A DNA stretch of 64,000 bases from Octopus vulgaris (GCA_951406725.2 OX597817.1:131688001-131752000); one strand, 5' to 3'; counted from the first letter of the stretch, positions 43,131 to 59,424 are shown. Notes: generated by a model not told the origin, from the letters alone. Numbers and translations are program-made.

Positions 43131-43819
43131 TTTAATATAAGATACTTTCCTGTTTCACATTGAAGGATGGTCTGCTCTATCGGATTTCCTACGATATTTT
43201 AATATGGTTGTGGTGTTCTTAATTCCTCTATTTTTGAAGCAATATGTGTAAAGAAAGTAACGTTGCTAAAACCGACTTTCCACAATACTGGCATAGAACT
43301 TCCCCTTTACGGTGTGTCACGGATTAGTTCAGCTGAATTCAGCTTCATATATTAGAAAAAGTCTTTAGTTGCATCGGTATAATATCCTAGAATAATGTCA
43401 AGAGGGATTATTGAGACTGATATCAAACGGAGCAAAGGATTAACTAGCATCAATAATTGAGGTTTGTAGAATTTAAGGTGTCGTTCAATCATGGCCTTTG
43501 CTGATGAAACTCATATAATCATTCATAACTGAAGAAATACCATTAAGGAAACAGAGAGAAATTGACAACCGCGCTAAACAAGCCTTTTCGAGAGTGGCTT
43601 AGTCTAGCATTACATTTCACAGTTCGCCCAATGTATCCCGCAATGGGACACAGCCCGAAACCATGTGGTGGAGAAGCAAACTATTTACTACGTAATTACG
43701 CACGCGCCAATATATACGTATGCATATACGCATGTGTGTATAATATGTATATACATACATAGACGCACATGAAAAAAATATATATATACACACATGCACA
43801 CACGCATATATATATATAT

Positions 43820-44028
43820 TCTTTTATTCTTTTATTTGTTTCAGTCATTTGACTGCGGCTATGCTGGAGCACCGCCTTTAGTCGAACAAAGCGACCCCAT
43901 GACTTATTCATTGTAAGCCTAGTACTTATTCTATCGCTTTCTTTTGCCGAACCGCTAAGTTATGGGACGTAAACACACCAACATGGGTTGCCAAGCAATA
44001 GTGGAGCGACAAACAGACACTCACACAC

Positions 44029-44071
<43 letters not shown>

Positions 44072-44075
44072 CATG

Positions 44076-44124
<49 letters not shown>

Positions 44125-44240
44125 TACGGGCTTCTTTTCAGTTTCCGTCTACTAAATCCACTTACAAGGCTTTGGTCGGCTCGAGGCTACAGTAAAAAGA
44201 CTTGACCAAGCAACTTGCCACACAGCTACCCCTGCGCCTA
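43820..44240 (-). mobile_element. SINE family A, internally deleted
   Basis: Reverse complement of the family A body and tail. Confidence 0.8.
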
Positions 44241-44654
44241 TAGACATACGTACGTACATTTGTATATATATTCCATATAAGTACAAACATGCATGCATGC
44301 ACGCATCTCTCTTTCTCTCTCTATATATATTCATGTAACTACATATATATAATATATATACATGCACACACACACATACACATACATTCATGCATACATA
44401 TGCATATACCTACATGCATATATATGTAAACACGCTCACACACGCTCACTCGAGCATTGAGTGGAACACACACACACACATACACACACACACACACACA
44501 GACACACACGCGCGCAAGCACACAGAGACACACACAACACACAACAGAATTAAATTATGTATTGCTTTATCGATACTTGTTCGTCATTGATATGTAAATC
44601 TATGTTGACATTCCTCAAACAATGTAGTTGTGCTGATATATCAGGGCAAAACAG

Positions 44655-44960
44655 ACTGGTACTCCGTCGCTTACGACGATGAGCGTTCCAGGTGATTCAA
44701 TCAACGGGAGAGCCTTCTCGTGAAACCGGCGTACATGTGGCTGTGTACTCCACAGACACACGCGTACAGTTAACATAGCTTTCAATGAGATTCAGCATGG
44801 CACTGAATGTGACATGGCCGATCCTTTGAATTACTTTTGGCAACTGAGTGGACTGGAGGAACGTGAAATATATTGTCTTGCTCAAGGGCATAAAGCACCG
44901 CCGGGAATCGAACCCGCACACTTACAATCGTGAGCTGAATGCCTTAACCACTAATACAGG
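44655..44960 (-). mobile_element. SINE family C
   Basis: Minus-strand head TAGTGGTTAAGGCATTCAGCTCACGATTGTAAG..GGGTTCGATTCCCGG, homologous to 14845-15160. Confidence 0.75.
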
Positions 44961-45182
44961 CGCAATCACAGGGCAAAATAAAATGACATCAATGGTTGTA
45001 TTTTTTTTTCTCATTCCACTTTGGCTGCGTATATCTGCACACGGTCCGAACACCAGCCAAAATCGGAAGCCTCAGCATTATGGATCGACATGCTGAAAGC
45101 AGCAGTCAAGTGTCCCACAATTCACACTCTTAGAATACCCTGAAGAAAAGGAAAATACGGAAGAGTTTGTGGTAAGTAGTAG

Positions 45183-45351
45183 ACAGGTGCAGGAGTGGCT
45201 GTGTGGTAAGTAAACACATGGTTCCAGGTTCAGTCCCACTGCATGGCACATTGGTCAAGTATTTTCTACAGTAGCCTCGGACCGAGCATAGCCTTGTGGG
45301 TGGATTTGGTAGAGGGAAACTGAAGGAAGCCCGTCGTGTATATACATACTT

Positions 45352-45438
<87 letters not shown>

Positions 45439-45660
45439 CGCGTATGTGTGTTTGTTTGTGTGTCTGAGTCTGTCCCTCCCCCACCATCGAGTGACTACCG
45501 ATGCTTGTGTTTTTACGTCCCCGTAACTTAGCGGTTGGGCTAAAGTGAACGATAGAATAAGTATAAGGCTTACAAAGAATAAGTCCTGTGGGGCTGATTT
45601 GTTCGACTAAAGGCGGTGCTCCAGCATTGCCGCAGTCAAATGACTGAAACGAGTAAAAGA
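45183..45660 (+). mobile_element. SINE family A
   Basis: Homologous to 35305-35897. Confidence 0.85.
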
Positions 45661-46002
45661 ATACGCAAAGATGTGTGACCAAATGTGTGTTGGTCACGGA
45701 TGGAAAGTTTTCATTATAGGTTGGCTGAAACAAGTGTGACTTGGAGTTAAACAACATTAGCATCATTCACAAGACTGCGTCAGAATCGGAAAAATTATAT
45801 TAAGGAAAAAACAACAAGCGCTCATGTGTATGTGTGTGTGTGTATGTGTGTGTGTGCGTGTGCGTGTCCGAGTGTGTGTGTGTGCGCGCGTATGTGTTTG
45901 TGCATATGTGTTGGCAAATAAACAAATATAAACGCACAATACACACTGCGATGTTCACATAATTACACACATAAACACCCACAAACACAATCATATATGT
46001 AT

Positions 46003-46055
<53 letters not shown>

Positions 46056-46104
46056 TACACAGGCATATATATGTATATAAATATATATATACACACACAT
46101 ATAT

Positions 46105-46157
<53 letters not shown>

Positions 46158-46383
46158 CATACATACATATACATACATACCTATATATATATATATATAA
46201 ATATACATATATACATACATATACATATATCTATCTATCTATCTACATATATATATATATACATGCATACGTATATATTTGTATGTATATATATATATAT
46301 ACACTGACACACATATATACATATGTATAGATAGATACGTATACAGAGAGAGCGAGAGAGAGAGAGAGGGTGAGAGAGAGAGA

Positions 46384-46431
<48 letters not shown>

Positions 46432-46489
46432 CGAAGAAGGGGAATGTAGAGTGACGATGTTTATGCCTTTCCTGATACCATTAGCTTAC

Positions 46490-47235
46490 GTAGAAACGGA
46501 AGAGAGTCGAAACTAGAGCAGAGATTCTCGGTTTACCGAGAACTTCTCATCGAATCGCGATGGATGCTAGCTACGTGCACTGTGAAACACTGCTGCCGCC
46601 GCCGCCACCACCACCTCCATCGGCAGCAGCAGCAGCACCACCACCAGCAGCGGCAGCAGCAGCCCCACAACCAGCGCCACCAGCACCACGTGCCTTGCAC
46701 CAGCGGTGACAAGAACAGCAGCAGCAGTAGTAGCTGCAGCAATCGTCAGCACCAGCAGCACCAACAGCAGCAGCAGCAGCAGTCATCGACTTCGTTCTAT
46801 TGATTTCCTTGTTAAGGAAGAAGGACATAGATTTAAAGGGGAAGGTGGTGGTGGTGGTGGTGGTGGTGGTGGTGATGGTTGGATATGACGTGGTGGCGTT
46901 AATGCTATTTTCAGTCGGGGGAACCGGTGGGGGAGCGGGCGGGTCGAGAGCCGGGGAGGGATTGGGGAAATGGATTAGCGACATATAAAAATATAAAAGT
47001 GGAATAGTTTTAACCTTGGAATTGAAACCGGGACGCGTAGACTCGGTCTCATCGAGTCGCGGTGGAGGCGGTGTGGGGTGTGTGCAGGTGTGGGTGAGTA
47101 TGGGTGCGGAGAGTGATGTGATGGCGTGAGGCTGGTGGTGGAGGTAGTGGTGGTGGTGGTAATGGTGTTGGTGGCGGGGCTTACCTCTCCGAGTGAGTCG
47201 CTTATTACCGCTCGGACTACAAATATTGATAATCT

Positions 47236-47314
<79 letters not shown>

Positions 47315-47660
47315 ACCAAGGTCTTGTTAGTTAGCAAGCACCAACTGTAACAGGCTGCAGCGGGGTTGCATCTATTGCCGTCGTTGTTGCTGTTGTTGAT
47401 TTTTTTTTCCTGTTGTTGTTTTTAGTGCTGCTGCTGCTGTTGTTGTTGCTGCTGCTGCTGCCGCTGCTGCTGCTGCTGCTGCTGGCGCCGTGTGTTGCTT
47501 CCGCTGCTGTGGTTGCTGCAGTGAAGAACTGTCTCTGGAAGACTAGTTGATTTCGCGGCTTCATCATGGGAAACAACATCCTTGCTGGATGAGAGGAGAA
47601 TAACGGTATCTTAACCAAACGGACTGACTCAAACGGATAAAACATATACGCGCATAACAG
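46490..47660. promoter_or_regulatory. GC/CpG-rich TE-free island, possible gene 5' region
   Basis: Higher GC and CpG than the flanks, CAG/CAC/GGT triplet runs, a flanking (GA)n and no recognisable repeat family. No protein homology recognised. Confidence 0.35.
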
Positions 47661-47762
47661 TTATATATACCACTCTCTCAAAATTATATATATAAATATA
47701 TATATATATATACATACAACAATACGACACACACATATATATATATATATACATATATATAT

Positions 47763-47821
<59 letters not shown>

Positions 47822-47925
47822 TATACATATATACACAGTAATTGTCTACGTATTGCTATCAGAAAGCGAGTCGGCTTCGGAAAATATTACATATTATACG
47901 TGAATTTTTATTTCTTATTGCTTCG

Positions 47926-47984
<59 letters not shown>

Positions 47985-48163
47985 GATTATTATTATTATT
48001 ATCTGATGCTTTCCCCTACCTGATGTCTTGCTTACGGAAAGGCAGAGAATTTCAACAGTTGGTGTGTTTGCGAAGAATAACCTTAAGGTAAGACTTTTAT
48101 ACGAATTATAAACACACTGTACGTACATAAACATATACATACAATATTTAGCCGTATATCTGC

Positions 48164-48254
<91 letters not shown>

Positions 48255-48465
48255 TATATATATATATATATATGTTACACTTGCAACAAGTACCACCAAC
48301 ACCACCACTGCAACCACCGCCTCCGCCGCCGCAACCACTACCACCACGCTGCAATTACCACAATAACAACAATAACTGCAATTAAAAAAGCAAAATGGGG
48401 ATTGTAAATTATCCGCAGGAATACTCAGCCCCCCCCCCCGAAATCCTCCACATCAACCAATTTTG

Positions 48466-48514
<49 letters not shown>

Positions 48515-49569
48515 AACTACTACTACAACCACTACTACTACTAGTTGTTTTTGCCATCCGTTTCATCTTCGTACTGTCCCCCACCATCATCCGTCCTTGT
48601 GCCCAATAACGTAACTCATCATCATCATCACCACCGTCTTCCTCCTCTTCCACCCCTCCTTCTCCTCCTTTATTATTATAATTATTATTATTATCATGAT
48701 TATTATCACGATGAAGGTGGGTAGATGGGAAAATCGCTAGCGCATCGGCAAAAATCCTTTAGCTGCATTATTTATTTTCAGAGTTCGACTTTGCCTTGCA
48801 TCCCTGTCGGTGGAACATAAAGTACAAACCGAGGTCTGGGTGTCGGTGGGGTGTGGTGGGGTCTATGTGATCGATGAACCCTTCCCCTCAAAATTGCTGG
48901 CTTTGTACCAAAATCATAAAGGATTATTATTATTATGAATATTTCATGTTTCTATACAGTGTACAAGACAGGCCCAGAGTGCCCTGTCTGAGATGAAAGC
49001 TCCAATTCGGCTGGGGCTGACTTTGGCAATTTATGATTCCAGTCTTGACAAAGAAAATACTACCAATAATGTACATTTATTGCGGCCGATCCAGACGACG
49101 ATGGAATACTAGGTCTGTCCTCACAAAACGAGTAACAAGTTGTAGCCAAGGCGAGCATTACTCTACTTATTGCTAAACGCAGTTAGTATTAAACAATATT
49201 ATACATACATATATGCATATATTTGTGCATATATATGTGTGTGTGTCTGTGTGCATGTGGGTTTTTGCATATATACTTATACACGCACACATATATATGA
49301 ATGTGTGTGTGTGTGCTTGTGTGTATGTGTGTGTCTGCATATATATTTATACCCACATATGAATATATATATATATACATATATATATATTTATGTATAT
49401 ATATATATGTGAATGTATGTATATATATATATATATATATGAGGTGGCTGATATTGTGATGAAAGAGGAAAAGAGAAAATATTTAATATTGTTCGCTTTA
49501 TTGGCAAATTCCAGTGTAATATGCGTACGCTTGTACCACAAACGCGAACTCAATATCATCACAATAATA

Positions 49570-50646
<1,077 letters not shown>

Positions 50647-52119
50647 CGACGACGACAACGACGATGATGATGACCACGACGACGATGATGATGTTGATGA
50701 TGATGATGATGACTATGATGATATGGTCCCCAAGACATTTAGAGCTAAATGAAAGGACGAGAAGCAACAAACAAAAAAGTGTTGGGTTTAGAGCAATGAA
50801 AAAGGAGAAACAACAGCAATAAGGATGCATCAAGCAATGCCCCCAGAAAGGGAATGGCTGACCCCTATTGCAAAGAGGTACCATGTGATTGCAAGAATGA
50901 AAAGTGTTTGGTGTGAAATCAGTGCGAAAATATGGTTTCAGATCCTAAACAGCATGTGTGTCTCTAAAAATAAATGCCAGCCTTCTCTCTCACGCCGACT
51001 GTGCCACTTGTCGTCATCATTGTCGTCGTCTTAATCGCCCTTCGTCGTTGTCCTCCTCATCAACATCATTATTATCATCATCACTCCACCACCAACACCC
51101 CCACCATCATCATCATCATCCTCATCATCAACATCATCATCACTACCACCACCACCACTACCACCATCATCATCATCTTCATCATCATCATCATCGTCGT
51201 CGTCATCATCATCATCATCATCATAATACTCCTCCTCCTTCTCATCATCATCATCGTAATCATCGTAATCATCGTAATCATCATCATCGTCATCGTCATC
51301 ATCATCATAATCATCATCATCATCACCATCGCCATCGGCACCGCCGTCTTATTTTATTAGACATTAGACTAGTGCTAACGAAGAAGTTGAACTTTTTTCA
51401 GACTGATCATTGCAGTGTTGTAAAATGTTTATCTTCAGCGAATGCCGGTAGGGGCCCAACATAGGAAAGAGCCCCGCTAAAATTAGAAACCGAATCTTCA
51501 ACAAATGGCGCTAATTCAGTCCCAAATTATATGTGACAGTCACATTTGAAATACTTTGAATCACAGATTCTTAGTCAAGGTAGGCTTGACAAGCTTGGAT
51601 GGAACAACAGTAACAACAACAACAACAACAACAACAACACTATACATAAGATCGCTGTCGCAAACGTAAGATTGATTACTCAGAGAATTTTTTTTCAAGT
51701 TAGGAATTTCGGTCAGCAAAATGGGATGTTTGTTATCCATGTTGTAAAATATATTCCTTAATAATTTTGGCCCGACTCTAATGATATGTAAAACAATAAA
51801 TTGGTAAAACTGGCATCAGGCCACACATTTAACGTAGTAAGAGAATTGTTGATTGAATCATCGATCTCGGTGTGTACGGAAGGTGTTTATCAATATCCCC
51901 CACGACGACGACGACCACCACCATCACCACCAGAGGGAATGACCGGTGATGCTGGACTGAATACGAAGTGAAAAAAAAACCTAAAAGAAAATATGAGAAA
52001 ATGGGAAGAACATTTAAAGAACTTGGTGCTAAGAGTAATGAAGTTTTACCAAAAGCAACGTAACATTGGCATTTTCAGAATTAAAGGGGTGTTTGGTTTA
52101 TCGCATATCGATCAATCTA

Positions 52120-52515
52120 CGGTTTCAAATTTTGACACAAGGCCAGCAATTTCGGTTTAGGAGACGGGGTAAGTCGATTACATCGACCCCAGTGCTCAAC
52201 TCGTAGTTATTTTATCGACCCCGAGAGAATGAAAGGCAAAGTCGATCCCGGCGGGGTTTGAACTCAGAACGTAAAGGCAGACGAAATGCCGCTAAGCATT
52301 TTGCCCGTCCTGCCAACGATGTGGCCAGCTTGCCGACTTAATAATAATAATAATAAATAATGGCTTCAAATTCTGGCACAGGGCCAGCAATTTTTAAGGG
52401 AAGGAGGAAGTCGATTGCATCGACCCCAGTACTTGATTGGTACTTATTTGATCACCCCCGTCCCCGAACGGATAAAAAACTAAGTTAGACCAAGGCGGAA
52501 TTTGACCTCAAAACG
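52120..52515 (-). mobile_element. two SINE family B copies
   Basis: Same unit as 49570-50541. A further copy lies at about 53525-53727. Confidence 0.8.
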
Positions 52516-53019
52516 CCGATTACTAATAATAACTGTGGTTTCTAAGATTGAGACGAGGTTAAATATATTTATGTAGGAAGGAAGTACAGTCAGCTATATC
52601 TACACCAATATATGACTGGTACTCATTTACCGACAAAAGAGTATAGAAATAATAAAATCAAAATTTTATTTTAACATCAAGGAAAATTTTAAAGTTAACG
52701 AGTGTAATTAGATGTTTACTCAACCTATAAAAAAAGAAGCAATCAAGTCGTGGCTGAACTAATGTTACAAGGTATTTATTTTCGATTCTCCAACGTTTGT
52801 GCAAATCCATCGCCATTATGTTCTATAATTCTTTCTGATTTATGCATAAGACAAACAATTTTGAGAGGATGGATTAGCTGAATCCGGTATACGAGTAGTG
52901 CATATCTTTATCGACCTCAAAAAGATGAAAGATAAAGTTAATATCACTGGAATTTGAACTGAGGATGTAAAGAAACGGAAGAACTGCTCCATGTTTTCGG
53001 TGATTCTACCACAAAAATA

Positions 53020-53239
53020 TTGAGAAATACATGGAATAAATAGGGGCTGCAATAAGGGTGGAGCACTTGCAGAAAACAGCACTGCTTGGAACCGCTCGAA
53101 TACTCCGGAAGGTGCTCGAAAAATAAGGGGTGTTACCTTAGTTCAGCTGACACTGTTGTACAACCTCAGCGCTAGAAGCTGTGCAAAGACAGTAATAATA
53201 ATGATGATGATGATGATGATGATGATAATAATAATAATG

Positions 53240-53296
<57 letters not shown>

Positions 53297-53918
53297 TTAA
53301 TAATAATAATAATGATAATAATAAAACTTCAAGATTTCTTAAGGCAACTGGAAACCCCATGCAAGGTTGATGTCTTGCAAAAAGCAGCCTTATTGAGCAC
53401 GGCGCACATCTTAAGGAAGGTATTATCCTCTCTGAGGTCCTTGTGATGACAGATGACTAAAGACTTCTGTGCAGTTTTACCTACACTGTGTCACGAAGGA
53501 ATAATAATAAAAATAATAATGGTGATTTCAAATTTTGCCCCAAGGGCAACCATTTTAGAGGATTGGGGGTTGTGTCAATTACATCGAGCCCAGTGTTCAA
53601 CTGGTACTTAATTTACCGAACCTGAGAGTCGACCTCGGCGGAATTTGAAATCGGAGCGTAGCGACGGGCGAAATACTGCTAAACATTTCGCCCAGCCTGC
53701 TAACGATTCCGCCAACTCGCTGCCTTAATAATAATAATGATAATGATGATGATGATAATGATGACGATGACAACAACCACAATAATAATAATGATGATGA
53801 TAATAATGGATGTCAGGAGGGTTCTAAGTACTTGGAAAACTGTTGAAAAATTGTGGATACTTAAGGTTACAGGCGCTATCCATAGAAATCTTACCAGGAA
53901 TTTACCTGAGCCAAAACC

Positions 53919-53920
<2 letters not shown>
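53020..53920 (+). mobile_element. three short R4/Dong 3'-end fragments separated by (TAA)n
   Basis: LQKTALLGTARILRKVLE* (about 53020-53190), LQKAALLSTAHILRKVLS (53325-53500) and RRVLST* plus tail (53810-53920). Confidence 0.7.
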
Positions 53921-53949
<29 letters not shown>

Positions 53950-53968
53950 TAATAATAAAACTTCAAGA

Positions 53969-55491
53969 TTGAGCAGGAACAAACCTATAAATACCTAGGA
54001 ATAAATTAAGGCTCTGGTATCCATCATGCAAGCATGAAAGAGAAGGTTAGGAAGGAATGTTATAGAAGAGTTCGAGCAGTCCTGAAGTCTGAGCTGAATG
54101 CATATAATAAGGTGTTAGCCATAAATTCCTTAGCAGTACCAGTTGTTCTTTATAGCTTCAAAGTGCTTAACTGGAATACCAGTGAAATAATGAAAATTGA
54201 CAGAAAAATCCGCAAGCTACTGACTTGTTATAAGATGCACAATCCAAAGGCAGACGTGGATCGCCTTTACCTTCCCAGAGCTCAGGGAGGTCGAGGTTTG
54301 ATCCAGCTTGAACTTACATACAAAACCACCACAATCGGACTGGCCAAATACCTTGAAGCAACCAACGATTGGATGCTAAAACTTCTTGAAAAACATGAAA
54401 GACCGAAAAAACTTCACTCTATTCTCAAAGAGAGCAAAAAATTCGCTACTAATCTCTTAGATACCCACCAGATTGATCAGGCTGAAGGAAATGCGCCAAC
54501 TGCAGCTGCAAAGAAAATAAGATTAATTGCAAAGACAAAAGCACATGAAAATTTAGCTAGCAGATGGGAACAGAAACCTCTCCATGGCAAGTATGTGGCC
54601 CGTAGCAAACAAGCTGATGTCGACCAGAAACACACGTACCAATGGTTACGAAGCTCAGGGCTAAAAGCAGAGAGTGAAGGTTTCATATTAGCTGCTCAAG
54701 ACCAAAGCTTATTAACCCGGAACTACCAAGCCAACGTGATAAAAAATGGAGCTGACCCAAAATGCCGATTCTGTAACGATGAGATTGAAACAATAGACCA
54801 CCTAATCTCTGGGTGTAGAGTCTTAGCACCTGCAGAATATAAAGCAAGACATGACAGAGTCGGCCAGTATTTACATTGGACAATATGTCGGTATTATAAA
54901 ATCAAAACCGCTGACAAATGGTGTAAACACCATCCTGAAGCTGTGACTGAGGGAGAAAATGTGTCGATTCTATGGGACTTCTCCGTACAGACCGACAAGT
55001 CTATAAAAGTTAATAAACCGGATTTTATTATAAAAGATCAGACAAAAAAGATGTGTTTATTAATTGACATGAGTATCCCTTGCGATCACAATATAGTGGC
55101 GAAAGAATTTAACAAGATTAGTAAATATAAAGACCTGTTAATAGAAATTGAAAAAATGTGGCATATCAAGGCGACTACAGTACCAGTGATTGTAGGATCT
55201 CTAGGAATGATAAAAAAAATGTAGTGAAACCTATTTGAAAATGATTCCAGGCTTACCATCCCTACAGGAAGTGCAAAAAATCGTATTAACTGGAACGGCT
55301 CATGTACTGAGAAGAGCATTATCGCTGTGAAATCCACATCCATCCATGAACTTATTTATTTATTCATCTTTGAATACATATTTTATTTGAGTGTGTAATC
55401 TGGGAATGCATACAAAGAGCTTCTCTACCCTAGGTGTATGGAAAACTCTCGGCGAGAAACGGAAGAAAATTTGAAGAAAGAAGGAAAAAAC
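53969..55491 (+). mobile_element. R4/Dong-clade LINE, 5'-truncated, nearly identical to 23812-25298
   Basis: 396 aa ORF with CCHC, RHD and REL motifs. Same 3' UTR ending GAAGGAAAAAAC then (TAA)n. Confidence 0.92.
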
Positions 55492-55557
<66 letters not shown>

Positions 55558-55599
55558 GTTTCTGTTATGAGTCACACAGGTACTGAGGAGGGTAACGTT

Positions 55600-56080
55600 A
55601 TAAGGACGGATAACTATCTGTGTGGGTATTTAGATAAAGGACGAGGCGAAAGAAATGGAAAATTAGGGTGAAATGCACTAAGCGTAGAGGTAGTTTATTA
55701 GGTATGTGAGAACTTGACTGATGGAGTACTCCTGATGCAGAATAAGTTACTGTACAGCCTGATCATCAGATTCAAGCAAAACGACCAGATATTATCATTC
55801 TGGACAGGATGTCAAAAAACATTTTGCGTAAATTTAGTGGCTTGGGAAAAAGAGAAAATAGGGAAATACCAAGGTTTAGCTTAGGGAAATGCAAAGACTG
55901 TGTAGAGTTTCTGTGAAAGTCCAGGCGCCCTGGATACAGCTATCACTAGACTTAGTAGTATCTTTACTGAAGCCGGTTTGACTGCGAGAGTTGCTTTAGT
56001 ACAAAAATCTGTTCTGTTACTTAAAGCAATGATTGTTTGAGAAAAAGTCTCTATATCGAAGAAAAAACTCGTTGTGATCT
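55600..56080 (+). mobile_element. very decayed R4/Dong-clade 3' fragment
   Basis: DHQIQAKRPDIII, EKEKIGKYQGL and LVQKSVLL remnants. Confidence 0.55.
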
Positions 56081-56838
56081 GGTATTAAGGACATTGCTTC
56101 CAAATGTAACACAGTTTTGCTTAACAGCCAATGATAACACTTTCTCAATTTTGGCACAAGGCCAGCAATCCCAGGGATTAACTCGACTTCAGTACCGGCG
56201 TGCTAACGATTCTACCAGCTCGCTTTGACAATCAATAATAATAATAACATCGTCGTCGTTGTCCTCCTCCTCCTCCTCCTCCTCCTCTTTCTCATCATCA
56301 TCATATGGAAGAACTACAACAGCAACAACAACCACAAATCAACCACAGCAAAGCTATATTAATGAAGTGTGCAGTGATTTCTACTAACCACAGTGTGACA
56401 TTGGTACACCTCCATCGATCTCAAACCGATAAAGGGTAACATCAATTAGTTAGATTTTGGGACCCGAAGACCACCACGCATTTTCCTGCGGCTCCACCGA
56501 ATCTGGCATTTTACTATTTTAAAATAAAACTAAAAATAAGGATTTTATCTCTATATTAAGATGCAGCAGTAATAATCTCCCTCGGTTTTCACAACCGATA
56601 TAATGTCGACATTAGAAGGAAAAAGTTAGAAGTGGAACCGGTAAGGATTGAACACGTAACACAAAGGGACGTAACTAGATGCATCACGGCATCGACAAAT
56701 TCTTGTAGTTAATTTGTAATATATATATATACAGAAATACATACATACACACATATATGTGTATATGTATATTTATATATATGCATATGTATATATATAT
56801 ATATATGCATATTTGTATGTATGTATAAATAATATACA

Positions 56839-56912
<74 letters not shown>

Positions 56913-57365
56913 AGTGTGTGTCTGTGTCTGTATGCATATCTACCTCTTTATTTATTTATCTATTTACCTTTATACGTACATAAATATATACATAGATTAC
57001 ACAAATATATACATGCATATATATATACACACACATATAATGTATATAAATATGTATATGTATATATGTATGCATATATATATGTATACATGTATATATA
57101 TATGTGTATATAAATAAGTATATATATGTATATATATATATGTATATATAGACACACACACACATACACACACACATATATATATATGTATGTATGTATG
57201 TATATGTATGTATGTATATACATCGATGGAAGTACAGAGATAAAACAAAATCAATGAGGATAAAAAGTAATGTGATTTTTCTCTGTCTTTACGAGGTCGA
57301 ACTTTTATATAATTTTTTGTTGGTTGAATACATGATTCTCACTTAGTTAAATACACAACTGTGCG

Positions 57366-57396
<31 letters not shown>

Positions 57397-57529
57397 TCAT
57401 ATATTTATATATACATACATATATATATATATGTCAGTAGTGACAAGCGTAAGCACACGACGCAGACATACACATATTTATGCGTACGCATGTATGTGTA
57501 TATATATATGTATCGAAGCATATATATGC

Positions 57530-57583
<54 letters not shown>

Positions 57584-57584
57584 C

Positions 57585-57667
<83 letters not shown>

Positions 57668-58234
57668 TATACATATGTGTGCCCGTGTATGTATATATTT
57701 ATATATTTATACACACACACACACACCTACATATGTGTGTGAGTATGTGTGAGTGTCTGGGTGTGTGAGTTTGTGCGCAAGTATGAATATAGATTGTCTA
57801 TAATCATGATGATGATCAATTTCCTTGCCACAAATTGGCAAGAAAAGAAGAAAAAAAATCATTTGGAATCTTGGAATAATATTCCCTAATAATAAATACT
57901 ACAGCAACTACATATAGCACGCGTGTAGACGTGAACTTAATGAAGGCGATGGATTGAGGGAATGCTGGAATAGATAAACGAACATACGGAATGAGTTGGG
58001 GGACTTCATTGATGGAAAGCTGGATGGATTTAGCTATGAATGGATAAGCAGATTATATGAATGCGTTTATTTGTGGAAAGTGTGTGTTTGAGAGAGAGAG
58101 AGAGCGGAGGGAGGAAGGTAGAGAGGAAAAGAGGGTAGGAGAGAGAGAGCTGGAGGAATAGATATATAAGATGCGTGAAACAGATATATTATAGAAAGAC
58201 AGAGATAGAAGGATGCAGGAGAAATATATGTACA

Positions 58235-58314
<80 letters not shown>

Positions 58315-58562
58315 CTGAGAGAGTGATAGTGAAAGCGGATGAAAGAGAGCGATAGAGAGAGGAATTAAATGATGAAGAGAGGAATGATTACTGAATCGAT
58401 GTGAATGAAATCTAAACAATATACATACATGCTTACATACACAGAATAATTCGTGTATAATCGCACACATACACTTATGCAAACACACGCAGCGACGGGC
58501 ACATACACACACACACACACAAACACATATCTGCCTGCATCTATGCTTGTGTGTTAGTGAAG

Positions 58563-58631
<69 letters not shown>

Positions 58632-58708
58632 TTATATGGATGTATGGATGGATGTTTGTGTCTGTGTGTATATATACATACATGCATGCATACATACACA
58701 GACACAGA

Positions 58709-58774
<66 letters not shown>

Positions 58775-59424
58775 TGCATATGCATACACGCATTCATACA
58801 TTCGTCTGCAAATACATATAAACACACATACATACGTAATCTGGCGAACATAACAAATATATTAGGTGCTTTTTTTGTTGTTTTTTTTTCTTCTAAGTCT
58901 TCTTTTCCATTTTCGTTATCAACTTTGACGTCTATATAATGTTACTCGGCAAAGAAATCGCCTGTAATAGCAAATACTTATATATGTCTACTCCACGAAT
59001 AAGTCTCACAAATAACCAAACAACTTGTGAGACGTGCTAGCTACACACAATATATTTGTATAGCTATTTTCCTGAATTTACATAAAGAATAACTATTGCA
59101 TTCTCTCACAGTAGTTGTATACAACGAACGTACGGTGGCGCCACTATACAGGCATTTTATTGCTCTATGAGAAATTTCCTGTTTGTAGAACTGCATGTTT
59201 GTGTGTGAAAATATTTGTTATGAGGTATAAGGATGTATATTTACAATGTTAATTATATATATATGTTGAGGCTACATAAGCAGGCCTTTCTTGTGATTAT
59301 AAGCGCTGAGTTAAATTGATTGTTGTAATAAAACTGTGATTGCATGCGATGTATGTGGACACCATGGGACGAATGTGCATTTATACGAAAGTAAAGCGTT
59401 TAGCTTAATACACTTCCATCATGC

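Noticed and set aside
42200-43560. Old RT remnant around the Helitron (IDFQK, MAFADE)
   Set aside because: Two short motifs are not enough support.
50958-51464. His-rich 168 aa ORF
   Set aside because: It is a (CAT)n/(CAC)n array open in several frames, with no splice or homology support.
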